Part shown: positions 27,432 to 57,323 of the stretch, in pieces
How the letters are laid out: every line of letters starts with the position of its first letter
Numbering within the stretch: the stretch's first letter is position 1
Assembly (NCBI GenBank): GCA_012295275.1
Contig: CM022673.1
Location: 29,078,001 to 29,142,000 of the forward strand
Reading direction: 5' to 3'
DNA from: Chrysomallon squamiferum
Taxonomy: Eukaryota > Animalia > Mollusca
DNA length: 64,000 nt
Program-made: the position numbers and the translations under genes
The notes under the pieces: model-generated
The model's input: only the letters and a program-made list of their open reading frames with translations
Database searches by the model: none
Told to the model about the DNA's origin: nothing

Positions 27432-27588
27432 TGATGATAATAAGGATTATATAAAACTAACTTTTCAGGCTGCCAGAGACACACTGAGTACGGAATCACC
27501 ACGCGTACAATCAGCAGGGAGACAGTTAGAACGGGAAAACAACAAAGCAGAAAGAGTAATTACAACTTTACCCCCGCAGAAAGCCTGA
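26810..27588 (+). CDS. Secreted Cys/Arg-rich precursor, copy 11 (class B, 107 aa): MNCMKIFFALIFAVFLFASAHG|CGCCCPCCCRCRCRHQHHLRQLLRGRH...TLPPQKA
   Basis: Exons 26810-26843, 27081-27250 and 27469-27588. TATA at 26726. Confidence 0.9.
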
Positions 27589-28479
27589 TCTCAAGTTCTA
27601 ACTTTGTTTTAAAACAGTAATCTCGAATTTACTTTTGTACTGCACAGTCACAATCTATTAACAACGATTAAAAATATGAATTATCTATCTGAATAAATTT
27701 CCAATATGGCTGTTGCTTTATATCTTAAATAACAATACATTGAATTTTAATTGCCATTTCTGAATCTAACATTAACAAATATTCTAATGATTTAAATCTC
27801 TTTACTTCACGCTAAATTTTTTTTAATTATTTTTTATTTTTTCTCTCAAGTAAATTTATCAATAAAATTGCATTAAACATTTATTAAGTTAAAGTTAATA
27901 TAAAGGACTTTTTCTTTTACTTTTTTATATATTATATTTAAATATTTTTAACTTTGTAAACACTAACTGTTGCTATCATTTGTTATTCTCTGTTATACCA
28001 GCTTATGAAGAAATTATACTTTAGGACATTTAATTAATTTTATACTTTTATATATAAAAATAACAGAAAAATATTATTTTCAGTAATATCCAAGTATTAT
28101 TTATTATTATGAATATTTGTACTGTCTTCATAATTTTCGAAATAAAACAGCACATAATACATATATTTGCTTGTTGTAATTTTTGATTTTTGAAATTTTT
28201 AGGGGGGCAGGGTTTTCTTCATCTAAAACATAATTAATTAGAATATGACATCATTTTTTATTTTCATGAACAGCTTTTAAATATGTATTTTAAATCTACA
28301 AATACTACTACAGAGTAGTCTTTTTAATTATTTTTATTTGATTTTATTTCACTTTACTTTATGACTATTATTTTATTTCTTTATTTGTTCCTAAGGTGAA
28401 CAGTCCCCCAGTAACTCATTTCAGACTGGCAGCCAAGTTAAATTAAATAACTAAATAAAACAGAACATTAATGAAACAC

Positions 28480-29115
28480 ATAGATGTCTATGTCCATATC
28501 ATCCTCATTGAACATATCTTGAGTAATGTATCTAGTTATAATTAAAGGAAAATGGGCATTAGGTCTTTTATTTCACTTTTACTGTAACCACATTTTCATT
28601 AACATTTCTTAACAAAATGATCTCGGACATAAATGTCTTATAGATGGCTTCTTCCATGTCATTCTTAGGACTACATTGTGAATAATATGTATCTAGCTGT
28701 AACTAAAGGAAAACAGAAATTATCTAGTCTTATCTAAAGGAAATATGACAGTAATCATAATTATCTACAGATAATCCTTATGGAAATCCTGAATAACATA
28801 TCTACACTTATCTAAAGGAAATACAACATTAACATTATACATATATGTCATCTTCCATATCATCCTTATGAAAATCCCGAAAAACATATCTAGACTTAAC
28901 TGAAAGGCATAAAACATCAATAACTGAACAGATAGATATCTTCTTCCATACCATCCTGAATAACATACCTAAACTTATCTAAAGGAAATACAACATTAAT
29001 ATATATATAGACGGCTTCTTCCACATTACCCTTACAGAAATCCTGAATAACAACATATCAAAACTGAACTAAAGGAAATACAACATTTTAAAATGTACAG
29101 ATGTCTTCTTCCACT
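28480..29115. repeat. Degenerate tandem repeat with units of roughly 80-90 bp (ATCCTGAATAACATATCTA...CTAAAGGAAATACAACATT...TCTTCCA)
   Basis: The AAAGGAAA, TCTTCCA and ATCCTGAATAAC blocks recur about 6 times. Confidence 0.7.
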
Positions 29116-29477
29116 ATTGATCTATTGCCATAAGAGTTGACCATCACCATTCCAACAAAAAATCATCCACTTTATTTCACCTGTTAATGGCAAATCAAAT
29201 TATGTGTTTTACTATGACAACTCTAAAACACTCCAGAATTTTTTACCTGGTATACTAGGACAATACTGACTTAATGATGTGATATAATGAAACTGTTAAT
29301 AATTTTAAAATATCCGCATGATGAAACATGCTGTATAAAGTCAGTGTTTACTCTAGAAGTGTTTATACTTGGCTGCCAGTCTGTTTTCAGTTACTGTATT
29401 AGCCATTCTGAGGTGGGGGTGTCATCACTCACCAGGTGACTCACTGTTGCTGCATTTCAGGAACTTCTAATACTGTA

Positions 29478-29540
<63 letters not shown>

Positions 29541-29845
29541 TAAATTTTGTGTACTACAGAACACAATAATTTGCCAGATCATCAAATTTAGAATATATGT
29601 AAATCTATCTATCTACCTAAATACGTACCTATCTACCTATATATCTACATATCTACCTATCTATCTACCTATCTACCAATGTTAGTTATAGATATCTATT
29701 ATGTAACATAGCTAGTTTAATTGACTGTTCGTTAGTTAGTTATTTTGTACCTCTGAAATAAAAATATGAATGAAAAAACTGAGATAATGAAGACTAAAAT
29801 ATTACAAATATTTATAATTACTAAGTGAAAAATACTGAAAAATAA

Positions 29846-29945
<100 letters not shown>

Positions 29946-30324
29946 CATAATAATACAATTTTAGTGATCATACTTTTTCATTGCCTAATTAATCATTTTT
30001 AATTATATTAACCTTGCCAGATTATTCAAAATATTTTGTATATTTTAATTTTTTTATCCAAATTTACTTGTATTAAAAGTTTACCACATAAAATTCCACA
30101 TAAATTGTTGTGTTCTGTAATATTTTTGAGTAATGACCAAAATATCAAACATAACAGATATTTTTGAAAATATATCAAAGTAATGAAGCATATTACATAG
30201 AAGCCATAGATACCAAATTTGAAGTAAATATTGAAAAACGTCACATTTAAACAGCTGATGTCATGTCACGTGAATTTTTATTTAACTGACTAAACTTTAT
30301 GTTGCATCTGTGAGTGATATTAAT

Positions 30325-34090
<3,766 letters not shown>

Positions 34091-34682
34091 TGGGGGGTTA
34101 TAAATGTGATGCTGGATGAGCATGGATTTTGCAAGTTTTGTTCGATTTGTTTGGGGTTTGGCGTTTGTCTGGTACAAAATAGTTTACAATGTATTATGTA
34201 GCTGTCAGTGTATATATGTGTATGGATGAGTGTAGGTGATATATGCTGATGTATGCATTCGAATTTAGATCCAGATGATGTTCATGTATCTATCGTTAAA
34301 AAAGTATTAAATTTAACTATCATTTTATCTTTCCAACTTATACACTATAGAGTTTTGACGTTGTTTAGTTGTTTCTTTTTCGTTGTTGTTTGTGGTGGGT
34401 ATTTTAATAATTACTTTGAATGGATAAACGTTATTAATGACTCAGATAGTGGCTGCGTGTTGAGAAATGTTAGTTAGTACAGAACTAGTAAACCAAAGTA
34501 AGAATTTCCTACCTTATGTGTACGAATTTCTAACAGAATCAAACCCGCATGACATGACAATGGCTGAACCTCGTGACGTTTTTCAATTATTGACGTCATT
34601 CGGAATAACTCGATAAATTCCGTCGTCAATATTCAGTACAGTCACAGCTTTTAAAATGTAACAAGAAGAAGAAGAAAAAAGA

Positions 34683-34741
<59 letters not shown>

Positions 34742-34901
34742 ATTTTAATAATCAGAATTGCTCATTGCATATTCAAAACACACACACACACACATACACA
34801 CACACACACACATACACACACACACTATATTACCCGATTAGTTATTTATTAAAAGTGAGAAATTGTTTTATATTTATTAATTAATTAATTATATAAATTA
34901 C

Positions 34902-34944
<43 letters not shown>

Positions 34945-35270
34945 TATAAAAATGACAAAAATCATTTCAAAGTTCGTTTAAAGCGTAAATCCTGGCATGT
35001 CTCGACTTTTCTGAGTAATGTTTACATCAATACCAGCATGTAGAGAGTGAAAACAAAAATAACGAAAACATAAATATATCAGCAGTTATTCTTATAACTA
35101 CTGCTATTGTAGTATCAAAATAGTCTTAAACACGACATGCACACTTTTCTTTTCCTGGTGTAACGTATAAAACATTAGATGCTCCTGAGTTTTGTATCAT
35201 CTTCGCTGACAGCGACAGAGAAAACAACTTAACTAATCAGTAATACTCGGATATATCGTAAACGCCAATC

Positions 35271-36088
35271 ATGAATTTCGGAAAAATTCTGACTGTCCTT
35301 GTTGGTAAGTTATGAATTTTCAGTATTTTCTTTATGTTGTCCTTTATCGTCACTTTGTTGTTGACTCGTATATTTTAGCAGTTTGGATATTTTTGTTAAG
35401 CTAGTTAAATGATTGTAGGGCTAGTAAAAATTAGTAGTAGTAGTTGAAGCAGAAGTAGTAGTAGTGGTCTTCATAGTGTAAGTGTTTATTTATTTATATA
35501 TTTAGTAGTATTTATTTTTATTTATTTAGAAGTATATATTTACAATAAATAAATAAATAAATAAAGAAAATAAAATATTTTAATAAAATAAATTAATTAA
35601 TTAATTACTTCAAATGTTACCTCTATGGATCACATGCGGCTTTAATCTTAATTTTCTTACATTACTATTAACAAAAACAGGTCATCAGAAATAAATAATT
35701 ACATTAAAGTCTACTAAATTTGTTTATATTAGTTTTCCTTATTTTTAACAAGGACCAATTGCCAGTAATAAATAATTATACTGAAGTAGAGAAAATGTTT
35801 TAGACTAGTATTTAATCGATTATGTAGAAACATTAAAGAAAAATTTAATACTTAGCCTGTTACTTTAACTGCCAAACTTTATTATTATTAAAGTTTGGTC
35901 GCAAGTTAAAATAAATCGATTTTTCACTTTAATCTTTCATTTTGTTTTTACGACTAATAACCGACTTTTCAAATTCAGTTTCAGCTTCTCTCTTTGTCGC
36001 AGCCGACGCTTGTTGTTGTAAATGTTGTAAATGCTGTTGCAAATGCAAATGTTGTAAATGCAAATGCTGCAAATGCTGTGACAAGTAG
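35271..36088 (+). CDS. Secreted Cys/Lys-rich peptide, copy 12 (class A): MNFGKILTVLVVSASLFVAADA|CCCKCCKCCCKCKCCKCKCCKCCDK
   Basis: Exons 35271-35304 and 35979-36088. TATA at 35166, TTTCCTG at 35151, probable 3' UTR intron 36131-36417. Confidence 0.9.
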
Positions 36089-36151
36089 ACTCTCACCAGC
36101 TGTGGGTGGAAAAATCTATTCCAGTGAAAGGTAAAATGATTTTTTCTTTGT

Positions 36152-36226
<75 letters not shown>

Positions 36227-37165
36227 GATCTAAATTCCATCGCTTTAGTTAGTTAATTATTCCTAACAGTAAACTTCAAAACTGTATGTCTTTAAAAAAA
36301 TATATTAATGTTTTCTTTGTGTGAAAGTTTGTCTACAGACGTATATTTAAATTTGTTTAGTGCGCTGTAACAGTGCTAAATATAAAAGCGATTCAGTGTA
36401 ATTCTTTTCCTTTTCAGGTGTTGGATAAAACTGAAATCTATGTCGGTGAAATATTAATAACCTTTTTCTTGTTAAATTTTCTTCTTTTCAAATATTAAAA
36501 TTATTATAATTTATTTTCTTGTTGTTGTTTTACACACACAGACACACACACACATACATGTATATGCATATATACCTCAATAATCGGAATATAGTGCAGC
36601 TAGAGTAGAATAAAAATGACTCACTAGCAGCATTCAAGCTAAAGAAGAAGATAAGGACAAATGAATGACTAAATATTACCGGAGAAAAGTCACCAAATTT
36701 TCAAATTAACGGTTCTTTCCATTTATAACGATGTCTCACCTCGAAGTGGTACTTATCAGAATATAGTGTCTGATATATATATTAAGAATTGCTACAATTC
36801 TTCGGACAAAGTCTTGAGAGGAAACCCGCTCTAATTTTTCGCTAGCAGTGAAAGGTTTTTCTTATAGACAGGACATAACTAACATATGCATGTGACGAGA
36901 AAAAACCAACAGACCCGGCAAGGCAGTTCGATCCTATAGAACGCTGTATAACACATCTAAACAAATTATTGAATACGTCGAGTGGAACAAAGTTTCTACT
37001 TTTGTTTTCTTTTTTTATTAAAAATTAAATTGGAAATGACTTTAATTTGAACTAATATAACCAAGATTTAAAAAAAAAAAAAAAAAAAATTAACCTTTCC
37101 GAAAGAAAACAAATGGTCTCTTGACAAGAATTATGTGTAGGTTGCTTTTACTATTTATTTATTTA

Positions 37166-37212
<47 letters not shown>

Positions 37213-37470
37213 CATTATTATTATTCTTTGTTATTGTTGTTGTTGTTGTTTGTAGTTATGGTAGTAACAGTATAACTCTTTATTCACAAATCAATGGAAA
37301 CAAAAATTCCTTTAAAAAATATTTTTTGTTTTAGTATAAAAATACAAACTGTTGCTGTTATGTAATCCTCGGTTTACAAAAACATGATGATTAAAATAAG
37401 TCTTTAGCTGACGACGACTTAGCACAACGATTCTTTAAACTGCTCGTCCATTCTGTGGTTAAACACGTGT

Positions 37471-37787
37471 TTATCCAATCTGTGCATTGTTGACTGGCAG
37501 AGTAGCAACAGGAACGAAGCCAAAGTTACCGAAAGGACCACTGCTGAAAGCGCTTCCAGAATGCGAGCACTTGCGTTTACACTTGCAGCAACAGCTTGAA
37601 GATACGATCGTTAACACTGAAATATCAATGGGAAAAACAACAGTGTATATGTGTATATTACTAACTGTTAAACTGCACTGTAGCGGTACGAATAAGTGGT
37701 CTGTGCACTTCATTATTAATTAAATTTTGGCACCAAAAATAAATGAAATAAAATAAAAAAAGGAAATAAGATAACTTGGAAGTATGT

Positions 37788-37842
<55 letters not shown>

Positions 37843-38162
37843 CGTAATAATAACTGTAATAATAATAATACTGACAAAATGAAGAGACATACTGAAAACT
37901 ATATTGTTTCAAAAACATTCGACTATTAAATATTCATTTACAATATTATTGTTGTTGTTGTTTAATGAAAAAATCAGCGATATCAATCATTACAGTCACT
38001 AAAGTTTTAAAGATATCTAAAAATGTGGCTTTACTCAAAACATTATGATGAAGATGATGACGATGGTGATAATAGCAATCGCAACACAACAACAACAATA
38101 ATAATAATAATAATAATAATAATATAATAATAATAATAATAATGATGATGATGATGATAATA

Positions 38163-38201
<39 letters not shown>

Positions 38202-38356
38202 TAATAATTAGAAAAACACTAAGAATGAGAAACACACAAACTAACAAAAATATATTTAAAAATGAATAAATACACAGTGAACTTTTCAAAAATTAAAATT
38301 TGATACTTACTGAGCGCAACATAGAAACCAATGCTAATTATCTTGTTAAGTATCAT
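37471..38356 (-). CDS. Divergent secreted Cys peptide, copy 13 (class C, 63 aa): MILNKIISIGFYVALMLTIVSSS|CCCKCKRKCSHSGSAFSSGPFGNFGFVPVATLPVNNAQIG
   Basis: Exons 38356-38311 and 37616-37471 joined by a GT-AG phase-1 intron within the signal peptide. TATAAAA near 38405 and 38425 on the minus strand. Confidence 0.75.
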
Positions 38357-38567
38357 TGTGTAGATGAGTTCTTTATCAGCTTTAATAGCGGATTGAATTT
38401 TTTATAAGTTGATTAAGTTTTATAAGAAAGTCTTGAGGAAGTATGAAGAAAAGAAAGAAGTCAGTTACTTTTCTAAAGTTTTGCTTCCTTTTAAAACTTA
38501 GGTCAAACAGTAATTTTCAGTAAATACGTTATCAGTGCACATGTCAACAAGTATATTGCAGCAATGT

Positions 38568-38635
<68 letters not shown>

Positions 38636-38844
38636 GGAGTGTGTGTAAAATGAAAGCAAATAAAAATACCCCTTTACTATTAAATATGCGTAAGCAGAAT
38701 AATTATCGTTCAAATATTTATAAAAGGACGTTTTTGTTTGTTTTCATTTCATCTGGGGGAACTTAAATAATGATGATGATGATGATGATGATGATCACAA
38801 TAATAATAAAAATTATTGTTATTATTATTATTATTATTGCTATT

Positions 38845-38875
<31 letters not shown>

Positions 38876-39990
38876 CTGTTGTTGTTGTTGCTGTTACTAG
38901 GATACATTAATTAATTAATTTATTAGTAATCAGAGAAAACCCTATTATTTCGTGTTTAAAAATCAAGAATACTGTAAAAGACAAAGTAATAATAATCCCA
39001 CGAATACTGTTTTTCTTTTTTTTAATTAATTAATTAATTACTTTATTTATTTATTTATTTATTTTTATTTGCAAAAAGATTAACTGAACATTTGGAAATT
39101 AGCGAAATTGTAACTGCGACTGAAACCGAATACAAAAATTATTGTTTTCAGAATACATTACAGAACGTTAGCAATATGCTTTTAACGTTTTGTCTTTTTT
39201 ATTTCAGGCCAAGAAAATATTCTTTCTGAAAATTCACATACTAAGATTAATTTAAGCAGATAGTCTTAATGCATTATGAATATTTCCATGGGAGTGTTTG
39301 AGTATGCAGATAAGATATGGCAACTTTGGATATTGTATATACTATTGTATTTTTTGTTTTTTTGTTTGTTTGTTGTTTTTGTTGTTTGTTTTTTTTGCTT
39401 TTAAACCTTAGCATATACGAAGTGACGTCACTAAGTAACGGGAAATGACAGCCTCCGTTCATTCTCAAGGCTTTATTATATTACAGTAATATTATTGCCA
39501 TACGATGCTATTAACTGGTGTCTCTATTTAAAATCGAAGAAAGCTGCCATACAAAATAAATGTATGTAAGCCTTTTTTTTCAAAGCTTGTTACACAAAAC
39601 TCGCTGAACAAAACTTGTGAAGGAAAACGAGATCTATTTATACATTAAAGTGGGAAGTTAAATCACGAACAGTTCACAGCGGGTGTAACTTCAGCTGTAA
39701 GATGTGGTAAACACAAACAAATATAAAGTTTGAAAAAGTAATTGAAACACATAACAAACAAAAATAGATGAAACAAAAATCTTGCAAAGAAAACCGTAGC
39801 AGTGTTGAACTCTGTAGCGGAAATTATCACCAAACAAAATTCATCTAAGGGGATTTTTTTTATATATATATATTTTTTTTTTCCCCTGTCGTATTCTGTT
39901 ATATAAAAGACCTAGTTGTGAATGTTTAGGTAAATCAGAACAAAAAGTCTTCTCAGACCGGTCAGTGTTGTCTCCAACTCTCTTGTCAGT

Positions 39991-40830
<840 letters not shown>

Positions 40831-41498
40831 TTACAACTTTAACTTTGTTTTTATAACTGAAACCTAAAATGTTAATTCACTGATTAAACTATATGATTGT
40901 TTTATACTTGTGATATTAGATAATAATGTCCATTATTTTAATAGGTAAATGCATTTTCCTGGACAATTTTTGAAAAATAAAATAATAAATTTGAAATTTG
41001 AAATCAATACTTTATTTTGTGAAGTTAGTCATATAAATTAACTAGTAAAGCTTTTATTTTCATATGTATTTTTCTCCTTATATTGAGTTATCGTTTTTTC
41101 TTTTATCTTCTAAGTTCACAACTTTTTATACTTTTGTTTTTATCGTACCTACTTTGAAAAACGCTAATACTTTATCGAGTTAATTTCTTTTTCGTACTTT
41201 TATATGGTTATTGCAAATAAAAATAAATTATTTAGTTTCACCTACAATAATAAACTGCCTGTAAAAGTAGTACAAATACTAATTTTGTAATAATAAACAA
41301 ATTGTATTTAAAATTTTGTTTTCGTTGTTTTTTTATTTAATTTTTACTTAAAATTATAGAGTAAGTAATGGCTCAAAAGAAACGCTATGATGACATTCGA
41401 CTTAATAAATTAGCATGCTATATTTTACTGTTATTTATTAATTTATTTTTAAAAGATCGTTTCTGTTATTATTATTTTTTTTTTTTTATTTATTTATT

Positions 41499-41654
<156 letters not shown>

Positions 41655-42062
41655 GGTGCAGTTTTAAACATCTTGATTTGGAAGCGCTAGCGAACGGCAA
41701 TAAATCTTTCTTCGCGTAAAGTTTTGAATAGACAAATCTTTATCTCACCAGTGAGTTTAATACACTGTCGTTTTCTCAGCTCTGCAGTAAGTTTGGATGT
41801 CACACGATAATATTCACAAAACAGTGAAATTAGAAAATACACAGTTTTCAGTAATTATAATCATTTAGGAAAGCAAATGATATAAAAGGACAGCGATTCA
41901 CAGCGGGTCTGTTAAGTCACAGCGCGTTTTTAATTTTTTTAATTTTTATATTATTTTTTTAATCGTCTTAGAATAAAAATACGCACTAAAGTATTAAATG
42001 CATTCAGATTTTTTATTTTTATTATTATTGTTATTATTATTTATTATTATTATTATTATTAT

Positions 42063-42101
<39 letters not shown>

Positions 42102-43174
42102 ATGCAGTAAGCAGTCGTGGATTTTTTCTTTTATTTTGGAATCACATTTAACTAGTACTAAGATTGGTTAAAATTATATAAAAGTATAAAATAACTTAAC
42201 TGGAATTCACAAACTATAAACACTTGTTTTCATCTTAACAGTTAATCAGTGAAGGGTCCTTAAACACAGATACACATCGTAACTGAAAATTCAACAAAAG
42301 AAATATAAAAATAAATACCCACAATAATCGAAAATGAAACAGCTTACTGAACCAAAAATTAGTTCCTGAATAACCGATGCGCTGTAAAAACGTATTTTAT
42401 GATCTGTGAAAATAACCTTGCTTGTTTTATTTTAAATAACTTACACTGTCGGTTACAGTGAAGCGAAAAAGAAAACAACTAACAGAAGTTTAGAAAACAT
42501 AATTGATTTTGTTTTTATTACTTTAAAATATTTCATTACATAGGATTCCAGTTTGTGTTATAAATAAGAAAACAAGTCGTTAATATTATCTCTCTCAGAT
42601 TCAGTCACAATTAAGCGGTACACCTCGAATATATACTATTACTTTCAAATGTCTTTTTGATTTTTAACTGTTCACATAATACGGTCTGATTTACCAAAAT
42701 ATTATTTTCACCCTATTATTAATTTTTGTAACAGCAAAGAAACGATCATTCAAATGTAATAAGAAGCAATATGATTACTGCTACAATTACATCTATAAGA
42801 ATTGTTTCCCTTTTTAAAATTTGGTATGTCAGCTATTTAATAGAAAAATGTGCTGACTTTTTCATCTCCCACATATTTATGATTTTTGTTCATATTTTGA
42901 AAACTTATTATGTGTTCTTATTTAGAATTACGCCTAAGTGGAAAAAAAAAAATAAAAATAATAATAAATAAAAAAATCGAATTTAAACTAATTGTTTCAA
43001 GACAAAGGAGCATCATATTTCCATGATAAATGGAAAACTAATATAATAATAACGTTAATGAGTAAAGTAGCCAGTAAAGAAATTAAATATGAAACCCTGA
43101 TAAAAAAAAAAAAAATAACATATTGTAATAATAATAAATAAATAATTAATAAAATATAAAATAATAATAATAAT

Positions 43175-43222
<48 letters not shown>

Positions 43223-44500
43223 TAAAAATAAAAATAATAATAATAATAAAACATGGTAGAAAAATAAGTGTCACTAAGGTCTGCTGAACCCACGAAACGA
43301 AAAAATGTTTTTAAATATTTGGATGTCGACCATGTCAAAAAAACTAAACACAACAGAAATAACAAATGTTAATTAAGATGTTTTTTTAAAAGACCAGTTA
43401 TCTTACACTTAAATCGGGTTTCCAATTCTGGTTGGTCTTAATATCAAACAACAAGCAGTAAGTGTGTTAATGCAAACATGATATGTGAATTCAAAAGAAA
43501 CAGATTTAATTTAATATCATACCTAAAAGAGAAATGTTTTTATTTGAAAAATTCATAGAAAACCATTTTTTGCTTTTATTTCTGAACTTGATGCAAAAAC
43601 ATGATCCAAACATTTTTGTGTTTTGTTTTTGTAAGTATGTATATATTACAAAATAAACCTGAGAAGTATCAGCTGTTAAGGTTTTTGTGAATAAATATTC
43701 ATTTTACTATATACAAGGCAATTCGGGTAAAAATATTTCCCTTTATTAAACATCAAGTTCATTTATGCTAACAATATTTTGTATAAATTATATTTTCATC
43801 ATACTTCATGATGCTTTAGTTTATTAAGAAAAGTCGCTCAAGATTACAAAACATAATTAAAACAAATATATTACATTTATTAAAAATAATAATAGTTTTC
43901 ATATTATAATTATTGATGTGGTTATTTCATTCATTTCTTCATTTTCTTTCTTTCTTTCTTTAAAATTTATAAACGCTATTTTGAAAACATAATCAATTCT
44001 TGTTCACAACTAACAGCTTTCAGATAAACAATATATAAAATTAATTTAGAAAAATAAGTTCGGAGAATTTCCAAAAATAGATGAAACTTTAATCATTTGT
44101 TAAGTAAATTATTAATATGCTACATTTCATAAAAATCGTTTTAAAAAAAAAACTCTCTTGAAGACAAAGCAGAGAAAAAAAATGCTAACACAGACTCAAA
44201 GATATACAGCCAGGTAATAAGGACTGGCTTGAAACCACAACCTGATTTGTTCACAGAAGACAGAACAGTGAAATGAAACACATTATTACAAAACATTTGA
44301 TTATGGACAAAATTTATTACGTAAAGTGTTGTTTGACAGGACAGTAAAGTTAACGCCAGAAACACACAGGTTCTGGCTTACGGAGTTTTATTTAACAAGA
44401 AGATGTTAATAGAAGTTACCCTTGTGGCAGGAATGAATGATTTCTTGACCAATTTACTTGTGTTGTTGCTATTTGACAAACTGGAAAAAAAGCCTAACAC

Positions 44501-44569
<69 letters not shown>

Positions 44570-44846
44570 TTCTTTAAAAAAAAAAAAAAAAAAATTTTAT
44601 TCAGTTGTCCATACCTGCAATATCACACTAAATCAAATTACAACGTTCTCAATTGCATATCACATAGTTAAAAGAAAATATTCCCTTCCCTAAATGAAAA
44701 TCTTTATCACTTTTGTCTTGAAATGAAGAAATCACACTCCATTCTGTATCAGGTTCTGTGGTAACAAACACAGACTAATTAAGATCAAAGATTTGAGTCT
44801 CACACTTAAAACAGTCAAAGGTTAGGACAGTCACAAGAAAAGAGCA

Positions 44847-54820
<9,974 letters not shown>

Positions 54821-56915
54821 TTAGCATTTTTAATTACTAAACCATAACAAGGTTTCAAACTTTAAAATTAACTACTGTAGTTTAACCAATAGTTGTTACA
54901 AAAGGTATGACCTATAATACAAGTTCTTCTACTAGCATTATCAGCATTATAATAATAATTATTAGAAATATATTGTACTTATAGTTTTTAATTTCTTTTT
55001 AAAAATAGTTTTAAAAATACAAGTTATAATACGTTAATTATTTACCATAGGTCCATGATAGTAACAAGAGGGGCAGCTAATCATGTTGAATTCTGCACTG
55101 GCTATATTGTATATACATTATAGCTTACTTTGCAAAGCTAGTGTATCACTAAGTGACAAGTCAGTAAGTGACTAACAGTAAGTGACTAAGAGTAAGTAAC
55201 AAAGTAACACTGAGTGACTCAGTAATTGACTAGTGTCAAGTCAGCAGCCGTCTAGAGAATATCCAGCTACCACATTTATTTGGCCAAAAGGTGACCCTCA
55301 TCTGACTATAATGAGGGCCACCTGTAGTCAAGATAAATGTGCTAGCTGGATGGAGTCTTGATTTAGATTCCAAAAACTTCAACATCATCTACCTCGTGAT
55401 TCTTACAGGACATAAAATTAAAATTAAAAAAATCTTCTATATATAAATACCTGGTACTCTCATACTTATTAATATTTAGATTCTTGAAATCTTGGTTGTC
55501 TTAGAGAATAAAACCTTCAGTTAATATTTATAAAAATAGTTCCAAAATTCCAATGATTTGGCGTAAGTCGCCATCTTTTTTTTGAATTAATATTCTACTT
55601 TCCTCACGACTGTTGTTTTATAATACATTTTATTTTCTTTATTATAAATTGGGAAGTGTTTTCCGATTTGATATATTATTTCCTTCAAACCAACATTCAT
55701 TTTGTAAGAAAACGGAAGCATACTATCAGTGAGCATGCCACTTTTTTCCCCCTAATAAACCGAAAATAGGATTTTTTGACATAGTTACTGTGAATCTTTG
55801 TGATGGTACAAAATAACCGCTTACAGTAGGTACAAAACAAATTCTCCCAAATAAAAAATAAAAAAAATATTGAAATTAAATAAAATTAAACTCTTGAGAA
55901 AGATACTTAATTTATGAAAATACTTAGACTGTTATGTTAAACGTATAAAATGAAATCAGGTGACTTATTTCCTCGTTATTTTCATGTCACTTGCCAGAAC
56001 TGTAGTGTATACAAAACTTAAGTAAAGTCGTTTATTTGACTTTCAAGAAGTGATTTAAAATAATTATTTTATTTTATTTTATTATTACTATTATTTATTT
56101 ATTTATTTATTAAATGCTTATCTGGATAATTAAAGATTATTTTAAAAACAAAACCAACTGAAATTTAGTTTATTTTTATCCCTTTTTTTCCATTTGTCTG
56201 TTTTATAGATTATTTTTAGTGTTGTACATTCTTTTCTTTTTACTTTTGTTGTTGTTTGTTTGGTTTTTTCCTTGTGGAAGGCATTAATTCACTCCGTAAA
56301 ATTTGAAAACATCTAAAATAATATACATATTTCTTTACATTCATCCATTGATGATTAAGGCTTAAGGTCGGCATTAAACTATTTATTAGTTAAATAATTT
56401 AGATACTTGGCTGTCGGTCACTTAATTAGTACGCGGATGGGGTAAAAAATTACATATTTATTTTAAAAAATACTTTTGCCTTAAGGAATTGATAAAATAA
56501 TTATCCAGAACTTAAATAATGTAGCTTTATTTATTTTATTTTTTATATATATTTTTAAATATTTTTAGGATATGTGCAGATACTTTTTATTATTAATATT
56601 ATGGTTAGATATTTATTTATTTCTTTAAAACATTATTCAGCGAATAAATACTAGCTGTATTATATGTTTTAATTTATTTTTTATATGCACATGTACAAGC
56701 TTTTTGTCTCAGTTGCTATTATTAATAATTTATTTTATTTTTAAAAACTTAACTGTGTATATATTTTTTATCTCAACAGAAACCGACAACAGTAACTTCA
56801 TTTCTTTAGAAACCAATATTGTCCATCAATTTGTTGTCTTTCTGTTGATTTTTTAAATTATAAAACAAGATAACTGCTTTAGAAATGTTTCACTAATATA
56901 AATGCAGTATTTAAA

Positions 56916-56959
<44 letters not shown>

Positions 56960-57004
56960 TAATTAATAAGAAGAGGGGGGAAAAAGAAAAGACAAGAATA
57001 TTGT

Positions 57005-57020
57005 AAATCTCGCGAGATTT
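57005..57020. promoter_or_regulatory. Palindrome AAATCTCGCGAGATTT containing the TCTCGCGAGA housekeeping promoter motif
   Basis: Perfect 16-bp palindrome between the divergent CUL2 and SPAG1 genes. Confidence 0.5.
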
Positions 57021-57274
57021 GGAGTTAGGTAAATAATGTTTACATTAACAGCGGCGATCATTTCCGGATTTCAGTACAATTATAAACTTTCTATGTTAAG
57101 AACAAAATTAATTACAATTTTTAAAATAAATAAGTATTACTAATTAGTGCCAAAAATATTTAAATTAAAATTAAACACATGTAGGTATTATTGTTTTGTA
57201 TTTTACAAAATCAATAAAATGCTAATTAATAACTATATTTTATTTTTAAGTTTTACAAATCAAAAATAAAGAAA

Positions 57275-57323
<49 letters not shown>

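Noticed and set aside
41745-42470. Possible minus-strand micro-exons (e.g. 42381-42348 flanked by TTACAG and GTAAG) and a TATAAAA at 41881
   Set aside because: I could not assemble a start codon, a coherent frame or any Cys tract. RNA data would be needed.
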